DNA of 64,000 nt from Eledone cirrhosa (lineage: Eukaryota), in the NCBI GenBank assembly GCA_964016885.1, contig OZ024740.1, positions 52,204,001 to 52,268,000 on the forward strand, read 5' to 3'. The translations under genes and the position numbers were made by a program. Positions 1-13,290 of this stretch are shown piece after piece. Numbering within the stretch: the first letter of the stretch is position 1; the number at the start of each line of letters is the position of its first letter. The notes beneath the pieces were generated by a model, which made no database searches, was not told the origin of the DNA, and worked only from the letters and a program-made list of their open reading frames with translations.

Positions 1-49
1 ATTATTTACAGGGAACGGCGAGAGTCTATGCCTCCGTTAATGTATCGTG

Positions 50-92
<43 letters not shown>

Positions 93-534
93 CATATTTG
101 TACGTATGTAACTCCACTTTTCCCTTCACTGCTCTGTATACACACATACACACCCTTATATTAACATATTAACTTATATCACAGCTTCGTACTTACATGC
201 ACACACACTCTTTTACTCACATATACACACACATTTCTTAGCTTCGTACGGACGTATAAAAACACACACACACACACACGTACACACACACACTCACACA
301 CACACACGCTTACGCACGTGCACAAGTATAGCTCTTTTTACAAAACGCTTTTTTTCCATTTCAGGTAGATGCACTCCATCATCCACGTTTCTAAAAAATA
401 AATCATACACAAAATGCCAGCACCAACAGTTTTGCAAGAGATGTCAACATGAACGGACCTGTTATTTGTTATCTAAAGACATTTTTTCCAATTCTAACCC
501 GCCCGTCCCCTCAATCTATCTTATTTCTCATTCT

Positions 535-572
535 TTCTTCTGATGAAGGACTAGCGTCCGAAACGTTAAGAC
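535..572 (+). ncRNA. Minimal type-I hammerhead ribozyme motif
   Basis: tctt-CTGATGA-a-ggac(tagc)gtcc-GAAAC-GT-T-aaga: intact core, helix II GGAC/GTCC, helix I TCTT/AAGA, palindromic helix III AACGTT. Confidence 0.75.
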
Positions 573-657
573 CCTCTTCCTGCTATATCAAGCGTTAACC
601 TAATATATCTTTCCATATACTGTACCGATTGTGTTGTTTTTTTCTGTTTACCTTTTA

Positions 658-761
<104 letters not shown>

Positions 762-941
762 AGCAGCCAGTTGGTGAGTAATAGTATCTTACTGTCCGTG
801 GCTCCAGTTTGAGCACTATTCGTTTACGTCAATTGGATATTCAGTATTAAAAGTGTGCATTAACACCGATATATATATATATATATATGAGAGACATAAA
901 ATAAGAAAATTATAAAAATTAACTTACTTACTAAAATTTCA

Positions 942-1022
942 CTCCAACTAATTAGTTTCTGAAAGGGAATAAACGTAGTTTCCGAAGAAGCGTACGGAGA
1001 AGCCTTTCGTCATCAGGGAAGT
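942..1022 (-). ncRNA. Type-I hammerhead with extended helix II (family A)
   Basis: Minus strand: ttcc-CTGATGA-c-gaaagg...cctttc-a-GAAAC-TAATTA-GT-T-ggag. Confidence 0.7.
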
Positions 1023-1466
1023 CTATTCTCAGCTAAGTTTCCAGGCAATACGTGGACACAGGGAACTTATACAAAAATAATTCAGTGGATGGAAAAAAGC
1101 AAAGCGTGGAATAAATTCCAAGCCATTGAAAAAATCACTGCCTACTGCGTCGGTGGCAAATTCAAAAGAATCAATCACGTGACATCGAGGTCAATCAGCG
1201 AAGAGTGGTTTGTTAAGAAGACAGCAGCCGGACTGTTACTATATAGTAGCAGTTTTGGCCAATTTTTGCTCGACAAAATAATTTGGAGATAATTATAAAG
1301 AATTAGTACATCTACTGACATATATATACAGATGCATACCTATGCCAGCAAATATATAGGTTTTGTCTTAGTAACTTTGTGGTTCAATGCATGGGGATGC
1401 AGAACAATAATATGAGAGCCGTAAAATAAGAAAATTATAAAAATTAACTTACTTACTAAAATTTCA

Positions 1467-1547
1467 CTCCAACTAATTAGTTTCTGAAAGGGAATAAACG
1501 TAGTTTCCGAAGAAGCGTACGGAGAAGCCTTTCGTCACCAGGGAAGT
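1467..1547 (-). ncRNA. Family A hammerhead copy with mutated core (CTGGTGA)
   Basis: Identical to 942-1022 except A6 to G in the core. Confidence 0.55.
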
Positions 1548-1772
1548 CTATTCTCAGCTAAGTTTCCAGGCAATACGTGGACACAGGGAACTTATACAAA
1601 AATAATTCAGTGCATGCATCCCCATGCATTGAACCGCAAAGTTACTAAGACAAAACCTATATATTTGCTGGCATAGGTATGCATCTGTATATATATGTCA
1701 GTAGATGTACTAATTCTTTATATATATATATAATAACGAGTAGGAACGAGATATCAATAAAGCATCAATATT

Positions 1773-1875
1773 TTTATTCACGTGTGAGGCGCGTTTCACG
1801 ATCGATCAGTTCAATGTGCGATTGCTATTGATGCGGCGCGACTCTGGAACCATTAGCTCATCATACGTGAATAAA
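1773..1875 (-). ncRNA. Decayed minimal hammerhead motif
   Basis: tttattcacgt-ATGATGA...GAAAC-GCGC-CTC-acacgtgaataaa; long helix I, core substitutions. Confidence 0.45.
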
Positions 1876-2054
1876 CATAATGATGATTTTCTTTTTACAT
1901 ATTTGTAAGATAATATGATTAGACAGCTTACTCAACATACTAAATATACCGGTCAATAAATCTTCCTCAGACCAGACTCTATCGATGGAAAAATAAGCAA
2001 AAGGAACCATATATTAGATAATGTGATCATTAGATAATGTGATCATTGATATAA

Positions 2055-2170
2055 TTGTTTCTACTTTTGGCATAAGGCCAGCAATTACCCAGTACATTAC
2101 TGGTACTTTATTTTATCGACCCAGTAAGGATGAAAGGCAAAGTTAACCTCGGTGGGATTTGAACTTAGAT
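2055..2170 (-). mobile_element. tRNA-derived SINE, 5'-truncated
   Basis: Reverse complement of the 3' part of the SINE at 7849-8043. Confidence 0.8.
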
Positions 2171-5100
2171 CATAGATATAATGCATGAATAAACACCAAG
2201 ATGATCATGGCTGGAACGACATTGACTATAGGTGTGTCCTGTTAAGGTTAACTCGGGGCTAATCAACAATAACAATTACAACAATGATAATATTATTATT
2301 TTCCACACTATTAAACTCATCTTTAGAGATGAACACAATTTTACATCTACGCAATGTTTCAATCGCTTTGATCTCAAAATGTAGTGTAGTAGATGTAAGA
2401 AATATTACACGATATGTCATCAGTAAATATGAAGTTAAAATGTTATATATTTCCCAGTGTGTGCGTGTATGTATGTGTGCGCGCGTGTGTGTGTGTATGT
2501 GTGTGCGCGCGCTTGTGTGCGCGCTTGTGTGCGTTGCGTGTGTGCTTGTGTGTGTGTGTGATATTTGCCTTCCGTGATGTTTTAGATATCTCTTCCTATT
2601 CCTCATCATAGTCTAATTTCTTTCCCTTATTTCTTTTGTATGTAGATATTGTCTGCCTCTTCATTGCCACTACTCTACTGAATCCCTACTCTCCACCATA
2701 GGCGCTGAACTGGTCAGCCGCAGGTGGAATGGCTTTTCCAGCGCGTCTCCCTTGTCGTCCTCCGGGGAAACGCCTTCTCCATTCTGTCCGCCGGGGCTGT
2801 AGGGAGGCCACCAATATGATTGACTGACTTGCATTTTATCAATCAGATGGTCACTTTCCCACTACTCAGATATCAGTCTAGTACGCTACCCACTGAATCC
2901 CTATGCTTTGCTTCTCTACCTCTTTCTGATTCTCATTGAAAACTTTACTGCGGCTGCCCTTATCATCCCTTTACTATACTGTCTCTAGTTTTCCTTTGCT
3001 ATTGTCTTCAATTTAACTTTTCCTTATTGACACTCTGACTACAAACTCCTCTTACTTCCCTTCTCCCGCCCCTCCCTTTCCTTCACATTATTTGTCTTTC
3101 CTTACTCTTCTTTGCTCTCTATCTCTCCTACTTCGCATATACTCTATTCCTTTGATTTCGTTTATTCCGCGTTTATTTTTTTTACCTTTTTTTTAAATCT
3201 TTTACTACTCTAATACTATTAATACGTTTACTTCTATTAGTCTGCCTCTCTTATTTTTGTCCATACTCTGCCGGCCTCTTCTACTCATTCTTCCCCGCCC
3301 CAGTCTCTCTTACTCTATCTGTCTATATTTCGCCACATTTGCTACTTTAATATTGCTAGTATCTCTTACTTTCTCTCTTTGTATCCATCTCTTTCTGATT
3401 TCAGAAAAGGTTCCTAAACATTGCAGGGCAGCATGATATTGAGAAGAGAGGAATACTTCACTACTGATCAAGACATTGAATGCACGCATCAATGTTGAGG
3501 TCTGAATTCCATAAAGTCCATTAAATGTGCCTACAAATATATAAACAAGTTGTCTGACAGTGCAAAGTTTGCTCTAAAGCAGCGAAATAACCACTATGAA
3601 ATTACTCACTTCAAACAAGAACAATAAACAGCGACAAAGAGACTTTCTGTTGCATTTTTCTGTTTTCTATTCATGAGAGCTATCCCATCATTCAAGAACT
3701 TGCTTCCTACTTGGAAAATAACCGGCGAAGTTACTTCATGCTAGTAACTACTGCACCGCAAGAGCAACAACAAATGGACACAATACTCTCGGCTGTTTCA
3801 AGCTGTACCAGCTTTGCAAAAATATTTCTGTACCATCTTGTTCCGTCCTAAAGTACATCTAACAACAAATAATTTTGACAAAAAAAGCAAGGTATCCCTA
3901 TTGAAGGGCAACCTGGCGTAAGGTTTGACAATGCCCCAGTCAACGTGAATGCTTCGTTGGCCAGTATAAATATTTGAATGAATGGATTTTACCTGGGCAC
4001 TCCGATTTGCACACATTATAGTAGTGATTATAATTTCATTAGTGGTTTACCTCCCAACACTCTACTTATCCATTCTTTTTAAAAGTTAAAAGTATTTTTT
4101 TTTAAATCTAGAACGAACGATAAAATATTGTTTTATTATAGTTTAAAGCGAAATAAATGATTTTCACTTCCACTTAATACTGTGTTCTTATTCAATATGC
4201 CCCAATTAGTTGCATTACATAAATGATTAAATATACTATTCACAATGATGCCGTATCTGTAGCACAATGCATTCGACACTGGATTAAACGTAGTAGAAAA
4301 TCATTTCATTTCTTACATGAAAAAAAATCAATGGTGTTCTGTTAAACAGAACCTATATTCATTAAGAACAGTTTAAAATTACTACTACTTTGGGGTCTGA
4401 GCAACGCCGGGCATTCTTCAAATACGACTCATTTAAGATATTTAGACATTGGAAAAATTAAATAAAATTCTATCATCCACGGTCAAAAAGAAAAAAAAGA
4501 ATAAATAAATTATAAAAATTACAAGCTTCCAAATCTGTCTACAACTGGTCCATAACCTGAACTGGTTCAAGTGGCACGAACGATTTTTGTAGCTGTTTAG
4601 TTGATGTTTAGCTCTAAATCATTTAAGTTAGTGGACCTATGATTAAAGGGTTTCCAGTATTGACAAACCTGTTGCGTTTTTAGTTATAGTATATTTAGGA
4701 CTAAATTATACTACGGCTTCCGTGATCGGTTGAGTGAGAAGGAAAGAAAATTATCCTTAAACTGGAAGCCTCACCCTAAAGCTTGTAATAGAGAGGATTT
4801 CGATAAGGGAAAAGTAGTTTTTAATTCACCTAAAACAAAAATGGTCCCTTCAATGGGTTTCTGTACAGTTTCTGCCAACCAAATTTCATTCTTTTCACAA
4901 AACTTCGGTCAACATTAGGGAAGATGCCATGTAGCGAGATCGAACTCGAAAGTACGTATTTGAGAAGTGGACTTCTTAACCAATCAGCCATGCATGCACT
5001 CATGTGTCACATTTACCAATAAATCTTCCAGTCTACCATTAATTGTTGAAGCGAGAAACAAGTCAATATAAACTGCTGAAATATTAGTACAGTAATTACA

Positions 5101-7494
5101 TTTCCTTTAACTTTACTTTGGAGCCTTTTCCCATTCCTTTGTCAGTCTGGTTCATTGACTAAACATAATCAACTAATGAACTATATTCATGTTAAACACA
5201 GTTTCCAGCTACAGTATTCCACATCGCTGAATAAATATTCTATATATCATTATTGCAAAACATTCTTTTAGCTTATCTTTAATATTATTGTTGATCATGT
5301 CTTTATTTATCTTTTCAAAATAGTTTAGATAAAATACCTACATATATTGACTAAATTCCTTGTTAAATATTAATCACGTTAAATATAAACAAGGTCAAGT
5401 TACGTACCCAACTGTAGCTAACTGATTCGTTAAATATATACATACCAGCAGAATATTAGATGGGTAAAATCCTGTTATTGACACATTACAATCTCGATGA
5501 CTGAGATTTATCTAGCATTGGCTCTAACCATGGTAGCTGAAAATTGGTATCGTGGGATATGAATAGCAGGAGCACACTATAATAAGAAAATGTTTCACGA
5601 TCTCTTGTGTCTGTCTATGAGTTGAAATAACGAAAATCAAATACTGTGTGTTCTCTCTGAAAGTCTGTTACACATTTAATCTTCAGAACACCCAATACCA
5701 CCGCGCCCTAGGCCTAGAGCCCATCACCCGCACCCTCCCATTCTTCTGTGACCCTAGAGCCCTTGCCTTTCCCTTCCGTTTACGTTTTCATAACCTAAAA
5801 GATACATGGCAGAATAAAAATGACGTTTGTAGGCTAGAGTATGAAGACATTGTAAACATAAAAGGTGTCACTTGTCGCAACCAATTGTTCGAGACACGAT
5901 GATAACAAAACTAAACTATTGCGTCATCTTCAGAATGATCAGGTTTTGTCTGCTACGTTAAGATGATCCTATCTTCATGTTTTTTATTGGATCTAAATAA
6001 ATGAATGAACTACTTTACCTTAAATATCTTATAAAAAATAATAATATTCCAGAATTTCATAACATATTTTCCAAATATTGAGAAAATCATTGATGGGGTT
6101 TTATTTCATTTAGCCGTCATTGATCCCCTGCTGTATGAGGCCTCAGCATGCCACTGCCGACTCATCTTTGTTAGACCCGCCTCTCTACGCTGGCCAGTTC
6201 TGTGGTCAGTTAGTTAACTTTAACCATCGGCACTTAAGTGGAATTTTAATTCAGGACGCAAAAAGCCAGAACAGGTAACATAAGGCATCTTATCTAACGT
6301 TCAAATGATTCTGCCAATACACCAAACTGGTACTTTATCTATGAACCCCGAAAGGATAAAAGTCTTCGTGGACAGGTGGTATTCGAACACAGAGTGCAAG
6401 CAGTAGAAAAACATATAGCAAGACATCATATCCGATCCCCTAGTGACTACGACTACGAATGCACCGCATCTGTCATGATTAGTGGGAGACAGTATATTCT
6501 TGAAACTGGAAGGTGATGTATAATTTTTCGATTTCAATTTAACACCAGATAGAATTTCACTTCAATCCTGTGCTAAGTATCAATCTATGAAATTTGAATT
6601 ATGTTTCAAAAGTATCTCTGCGTAGTATCAACCAAAGACTCTGATACCAGGCAGGAATTATTTATATATTTATAAATTGATGTATATCTTTATATATAAG
6701 TTTAATGTACTTGAACCTAATGTAGATTTACACAGTAACAGGATTTACTGGCTTCGAAATTTTGGAGAGGGATTAAAGAGATCTTGAAGCTTTAGAGTAA
6801 CCAAGATGAGAATGATTATGGATATTCACTAGATGAAAAACAAAATAAGAACACCGAAAACCCGGCATATAGAAACCGAAATAATCGATACACCATTGCT
6901 CTACGTAACTGAATTATATAGCTCTTCTAGAACAACAAATACCATTTTAAATGCAATGAAAAGAGTCTAAATAACAGAAGTGGACAACTCGATAGATAAA
7001 GCCATTTATTTTATAGCTAGATCCAACAATATTTTCAATTGTGTGAATAAGCCATCTCCATTGAATACATCAAAACCTGTAGAAATTCCTTATGTCGTCA
7101 AAGCCATTATATTTTAGAGGTAACTAATAAGGGTTCAGAACGAGAACAGTGAGTTCAATAATGGTTTTAAAAAACATAAATTTAATGTGTTGTGAGAGAA
7201 ACATTCCAAAGTTTAGGTTAGTACCTTTCTCACTAGAATGGTCCAGCTAGAAACATTAGATCTTTATTTTTACAGCATATTAAGCTTTGTTTCAAACGTA
7301 GACTACTTTACGTTAGACGCACTATGTTGTTACCGGACATACAAGAAATAGCTATCAAATATTCCTCAAATTGCAGCATACTGGCCTAAAGAAAAGCTGA
7401 TCACATTGGTTAATGTTGCTTGAAAAAGAAATGACAGGATGGTCAGGCTACACGATATCCTTTTTTATCTGAGCTGACGTGACAGGGAGAGGGG

Positions 7495-7790
7495 TTAAAC
7501 CACCACCACCACCTGTAACAACGACGTCAATAACAACAACAACGACAACGGCGGAGACAGCCATACTACATACAACAACCGCAACAGCAACAATAACAAC
7601 AACAGCAACATCGATACCACTACCACATACAACAACTACATCACCACCACCTACAACAACGGCAACATCAACGATAACAACGACCCCCCCCCAACAACAT
7701 ATAAAAACAACAGCAGCAGCAACAACTACAACAACAACAACAATACCACAACCACTTACAACAACAACGACACCACTACTAGCAACAATT
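7495..7790. repeat. (ACA/CCA)n low-complexity tract
   Basis: Degenerate trinucleotide repeat; source of the spurious poly-Thr/poly-Val ORFs. Confidence 0.85.
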
Positions 7791-7848
7791 TTTTTACTAA
7801 ATTCTAAATTGTAATATTTCACGTAAAATGAATGCATATTATTATGGT

Positions 7849-8043
7849 GAAGGGCGGTGGATTGGTAGTATCAGTGGAGGGTCGGACGCCATGCTTTGCA
7901 GCATAGTTACGTCCCTTTACGATCTGAGTTCAAATCCCACCGAGGTTAACTTTGCCTTTCATCCTTACGGGGTCGATAAAATAAAGCACCAGTAATGCAC
8001 TGGGTTATTGCTGGCCTTGTGCCAAAAAGTAGAAACAATTATT
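7849..8043 (+). mobile_element. tRNA-derived SINE, near full length (octopus-type)
   Basis: A-box-like 5' end, B box GAGTTCAAATCC, body ctttgcctttcatccttacggggtcgataaa, (att) tail; copies at 2055, 29328, 30370 and decayed near 6200-6460 and 8620-8830. Confidence 0.85.
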
Positions 8044-9259
8044 ATGGTTGAGTAAAAGAAAAAAAAGGTAGACAATAATTTTAGCAGGGTTACAAAGACT
8101 GTTGGGGAAAGGAAGGGATATACCAATAACTCAATTGTTGCCCACAGCCAGCATACTCGATGTGAATACTTGCAACAGATTGGACGTCACAAAAAAACGC
8201 CCCAAAATCCAGATGGTGTCTAAATTAGTTGCCACCCACCCTCAGTTTCAATCACAAAGCTTTGGTAGAAAACATTTGTTCGAGATGCCGCGCATGTAGG
8301 ATCGATCTCAGAATCATATAATTTAGAAACGATACTCTGTTAGTTAAACGTTCCAAGGATAAGTGATATCTTTGAAGATAAGTGAGAAGAGATTTAGAAT
8401 TATGACATAGGGCAAATTCCTGTTCTAAACCAACGGTTCTTCGCGTTATTTTAATTGTTATTATTTTGCCAGAGAGGAAATTAGAATGCTCATTGCCTGT
8501 TTCAGAATCTTTGAGACTGGTAGGAGGAAAGAAGGCATCTTCAAACCAAAGACTTGGTCCCAAAACTTGAAGCACAGTGGACTTTGCTAACGTCACCCCA
8601 AAGCCAGGTAGTTGTGTTTAACAGGACAACGGTTTATGTCCATCCTGGAAGTAGGCCCCAGCGGGATTTAGACCCAGAACACAAAGAGGTGGAAAGACTG
8701 CTGTCTGGCATACTGTCCGACGCACTAAAAATTCCACCAATTCTCCGCGTTGGATTAATAATTCATTTATCAACCACGCAACGATGAAAGGCACATTTTA
8801 CCACGGCAATATTTGAACCCAGTGTGCAGAGAGCCAGAACAAATCGCTGCCTATGTTTAGCCCCAAATCAGTCCTGGTCAAAAGAGGTTAGCAAAGTGCA
8901 ATGTGAGTAAGGAGGAAAGTTCATATGCCAAAGTTCCTTCTTAGTTTTTGTGTGCTAGTACAAAGCTAATCAAACGACGCTACGTTTGAAATAGACCTTC
9001 AATAAAGGACATTTTTCGTATTCAACACTCTCAAATTAATTAAAGAAGATAATCAACTTAAATTGCAAGCTTTCTAGTAATTACATAGTTTAAACAAGCA
9101 ATTAGCTTCGCTTATGTAAAATTATAATGACTGATTTGTAAATCAAGATGTTGAGGTATTTCAGATCTTCAAGTTTTGCTGGTAATTATCCCCTCATATT
9201 AGCTACATGCATCCTTCATTAGAAATACTCTATCTCTCTTAAATATAAGAGTATCATAT

Positions 9260-9338
<79 letters not shown>

Positions 9339-9410
9339 GTGTGTATACGTACATACATATATGTGTACAGACGCACAGTAGTATGTATATATATATATAT
9401 ACATGCACAC

Positions 9411-9445
<35 letters not shown>

Positions 9446-9756
9446 CATATATATATATATATATGGGGATTGTGTGTGTGTCAGTTCATTGGGACAGTTG
9501 ATATTTCTCACATGCAATATGTCCACAGCTCGACTGCTATCCACACACCTTTCAAATACCACAAACCCTAATTGCAGTGGTGAGAAGAGAGAATTAAATG
9601 TTATTAATAGCTAGATGGCAGTAGTGAATACAACGGTAGTTGTAATAATTATCTCTAACAAATGTGCAAGGCCACAAATTATGTATGTTACGAGATCTTT
9701 GTTACTTGATTAATAATTGTTTTATCGACCCCAGAAATATGAATTATATAGTGGTC

Positions 9757-12700
9757 AATAATAATGGTTTCTTTATTGGCCACAAGGGCTGACACGAAGA
9801 AAAACACTAGAGACGGCACAGAACAGTACAGGACGATACAAAGTGGGTTTTGGTCATGTAAACAGGTTATAACAAAATTGGGTTAGAAATAAAAAAAATT
9901 CAAACAACAAAAATTCCCCCAAAAGGGGGAAACCTCCGAGGGTCACTCGTAGCGAAACCACACAAAAAGGCCACGGTCACCCTGACTACCAGGGTAAGTG
10001 CCCTCTCTCAGTTTTCCCACTCCTCAGTCTACAGGCGCATACTCGGACCAGACTCGCCACTTTCATCCACCTTTCAACAAACTTACTAGAAGACAGCACT
10101 TGCCTCTCCACCCTGATTTTCCTCTTCAAGTGAAACTTGAAAAAGTTAATCAGAGATTGGCCGGAGAGGAAAGTGTCCATCTTCAACCCTTTCAACCTTG
10201 TCCACCACACAATCTCTTTCGCCATGGCTACCAGGCAGATGAAAACTGCCTGCCGTTCCACCTCTTTAAAGGAGGATGGCGGGGCTATCTGCACAATGGA
10301 CTCAGTCGATAACCGGATCCGTCCTACACGCGACAGCAGCTGTTCGACATAGCTCCACAAGTCAGCAATCCTCGGGCACTGAACGGATGCGTACAGGATT
10401 GTTTCGTCGCCCTGCTGTTATCGGCCTTTCGCAATACTGCGCTGCGGTTGTCGAGAGCTGCGACAGTCTGACGAGGTATGCACCGAAGTCCATACTCCAA
10501 TCCGGCCCACCGCCGCTCTCGAACAATTGAACAAAGTGCTGTTGAAAAGCCGCACATATCTGCTCAGGTTCGAGGAGCATGCCCCCGTTTGATCAGGCAA
10601 AGACCGAATTGTGGAATTGTTGCCACGTTGCGCCTCCACCGCCGGGGCCCATTGAACAGTTTTCGTCCCCTCGTGTCTCAGAGCACGGGCTCTAGCTCTG
10701 ACAACGCAGCCTTCATGCTTTGCGTTGAAGAATTGGTCGAGTGCCAATCTCACCGCAAGCACGTCGGTTGCGATGCCTGTCTTAAACGCCTCTTCTAGCT
10801 TTCTAACTCTCCCTCTACTCTATTTTCCTCAATCACTACTCCTTTGCTAAACCTTATCGATTCTACTCTAATAGCCCTTTTCAGGGTAAACCACCACCTG
10901 TTGTTAACGATCGCACCCGTCAACGCACGCTTAACTAATTCGCTAATCCGGTCTCTGTAAACTTTGCGCACTGGGAAAGCGCGTTCGGCTTTCAGTAACC
11001 GGGCCCTTGTTTATGGAGTCTATCTAAGTCGACTTCACAGATCACAAATTTGTGGTCCCTGTAGTTGACTACTTTAAATTGTGGAAAACCTACACTAGCC
11101 TTATCTGTTTCCCTACAGAATACCCTATCTAAATACGATCTGGATGATCCGATGCGGTTTTCCCATGTCCACATTGGCACATTCGGATAATCCAGTCTAT
11201 ACCTGTCAGACAGTTCAAAACCTCTGAGCAGGTTGTTGAGGCTTTTACACCCTCCTCCTCTGTCTACTAACCCCACATAATCCCAGCGTGCATCTAAGAT
11301 ACCGTTCCAGTCGCCCACTAACACTAAAGAGTGGGACGTTCCAAGAAAGGTCTCTAGACGTCTGAAGAAATCTGGCCGTCCTGCCCCTATTGAGGCGTAG
11401 ACGGCTACTAACCTGAAAGCATTGCCTTCGCTGCTGGTCACGTTCAGCACCTCCGACTTACCTTCTGGGTCCAGGTAGATGGCCCGTATGGTGAGATCCA
11501 AGCCTCTCCGAAAAAGCACAGCAACTCCTCCTCCCGATCCCGGACGACTGAGAATGCGTATACATCGTAGCCGCCGAAGATGGTGCAAAGGCTCGTGCTT
11601 CGGAGATTCTGGTCTCGCTGATGGCCACCACATCTATGTTTAGTGACATGAGGTCGTTGAGCAGGTGACCCTGCTTCCAAGATGACCCCAGGCCACGTAC
11701 ATTTATACTGCCTATTCTAAGTACCGCAATGCTGGATGAGGAAACGGAGTGAGAAAGGATCACTTACCTTGATCGTGGGGGGAAGGGACAGTAGAACCGT
11801 CCCTTCGGCTGGTCATGGGTGTCTCCAAGATGATATCGGTATATATTGTTTTGGAGGGTGACCCCCTAAAATCTCTAACTGCGTTGGGGAATTTTTGCTT
11901 TAATTGTTTATAGTCTTCCAGTTTAATTTCGACAATTGTAATGTTTTTGGATAATGTTCTTGGTGTTGGTGGGGTGTGGTAATTTAAGTCTGTAATGTCT
12001 GTCTGTTGTTTTATATGTTCCATTAATCCTTTGTGTGTGATATTTATGGGTGTGTACTTTGGGGGCGGGGGGGGGGGGGGGTAATTTTGTTGCTGTGTGG
12101 TTTGTTGTGTTTACAATGTTTGTGTTTTGGTGGTGATGCTGGTGGTGGTATGGTTATTGTTGGTGGTGATGCTTGTGGTTGTGATGGTGATGGTGGTGGT
12201 GTTGCTGCAAGTCTCCTTGCAGCCTTTACCTCTCTTTCTTTGCCTTCGCTTTTGGAGGGAGAAACTGTGGTGTTTTTGCGTTTGTTCTTTTTGTTGACAA
12301 CCGTTTTCCACTCATCAGCCGTAGGGTCCTCAGTGAGTGCGATTTTGCTTTTGGTAGCAAAAAGGACATCCACAGTAGTACATTTCTTGCCACGGGTGAT
12401 GTAGGTTTTCCGTGCCCACACAGTTCCCAAGGCCTTCTGGATTTGGGCCTCCGAGGCTCTCTCCACACGACGCGATTTCGTGGCAATCGTGCGGTATGAC
12501 ACTGTGCGTTGCTCTTGTTCCTCCAGGAAGTCGGTTGGTGGTTTCAAGGACACAGAAAATTCAGTTCTGGTTACCATGTGTCTTGCGACTGCCATCTCCT
12601 CCCCTGTGATCAGGACTGTTTCTACGTTGCGAGCCACCTTTGCAAAAGAGATGGTCCCTTTTTCAGTGGCATCATTGTTGCCGCCGCTACTGCTGATACT

Positions 12701-12760
12701 ACCAGACAGAGGAAGACCTCAAAATAGCAAAATAGCAAAATAGCAAAATAGCAAAATAGA
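9757..12760 (-). mobile_element. Tx1/L1-like LINE, internally deleted (RT missing)
   Basis: ORF1-like 12044-12700, APE endonuclease, linker, then directly the C-terminal ETI-x(5)-CP/W region; AATAAA and (ATT)n at the 3' end; (TTTTGCTA)n at the 5' end. Confidence 0.75.
10992..11763 (-). pseudogene. Apurinic-like (APE) endonuclease of LINE ORF2, frameshifted
   Basis: Motifs SINVRGL, VVAISET, GDWN, SYLDR, DHK spread over two frames. Confidence 0.85.
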
Positions 12761-12768
12761 AGATTGCA

Positions 12769-13290
12769 ATGACTCAGTACAAGCATTTGAAGATGGATGA
12801 AACTGAAATTAGATGGATAGAAAAAAGAATGTATGAACAATTCCATAGAGATATTGAAGATATGATAGACAAAGAAAAAAGGTGGTTATGGATGGCTAAA
12901 AGTGATCTAAAATCGGAAACAGAAGCTTTAATCTGTGCTGCCCAAGAACAAGCACTAAGAACTAACTACATCAAACACAGAGTAGAACACATCAGAAAGT
13001 GATGAATGTAGAATTTGTGAGATGAATGGAGAAACTGTGTTTACATTACTAGTCAATGTACACCACTAGCTCAGAAACAATATAAGAGACGTCACGACAA
13101 CATAGCAAGCACAACCCATTGGGCAGTTGTAGTCACTGTAATACCAATAATAGTTGGAGTCTTAGGAACAGTGAGTAAAGATTTTGAGAGGTTCATAAAA
13201 CAAATAGGTATTGCAATACGGAGGGAACACTTACAAAAAATAGCATTGCTTGGAACAGCTCGAATACTCATGAGGGTACTCGAAAAATAA
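12769..13290 (+). pseudogene. R4/Dong-like (RLE-type) non-LTR retrotransposon C-terminal remnant
   Basis: LKSETEALICAAQEQALRTN, CRIC, YKRRHDNIA, VIPIIVGVLG...LQKIALLGTARIL. Confidence 0.75.

Larger units (their letters stand above)
889..1722 (-). mobile_element. Non-coding PLE-type/retrozyme-like element, family A (partial tandem plus inverted end)
   Basis: Direct repeat 897-1087/1422-1612 (period 525); inverted repeat 1294-1401/1615-1722; (TA)n on both sides; homolog at 27024-27330. Confidence 0.75.

Noticed and set aside
2340-2430. CTGATGA...GAAAC on the minus strand
   Set aside because: No pairable helix I or II; likely chance.
3400-4020. Possible old RTE-like LINE remnant
   Set aside because: Only vague motif echoes; too decayed to support without alignment.
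7448-7837. Mucin-like Thr/Pro-rich ORF
   Set aside because: Degenerate (ACA)n repeat with no splice context or flanking coding signal.
7849-7945. tRNA gene
   Set aside because: A/B boxes belong to a SINE head; no cloverleaf, and it continues into a repeated SINE body.
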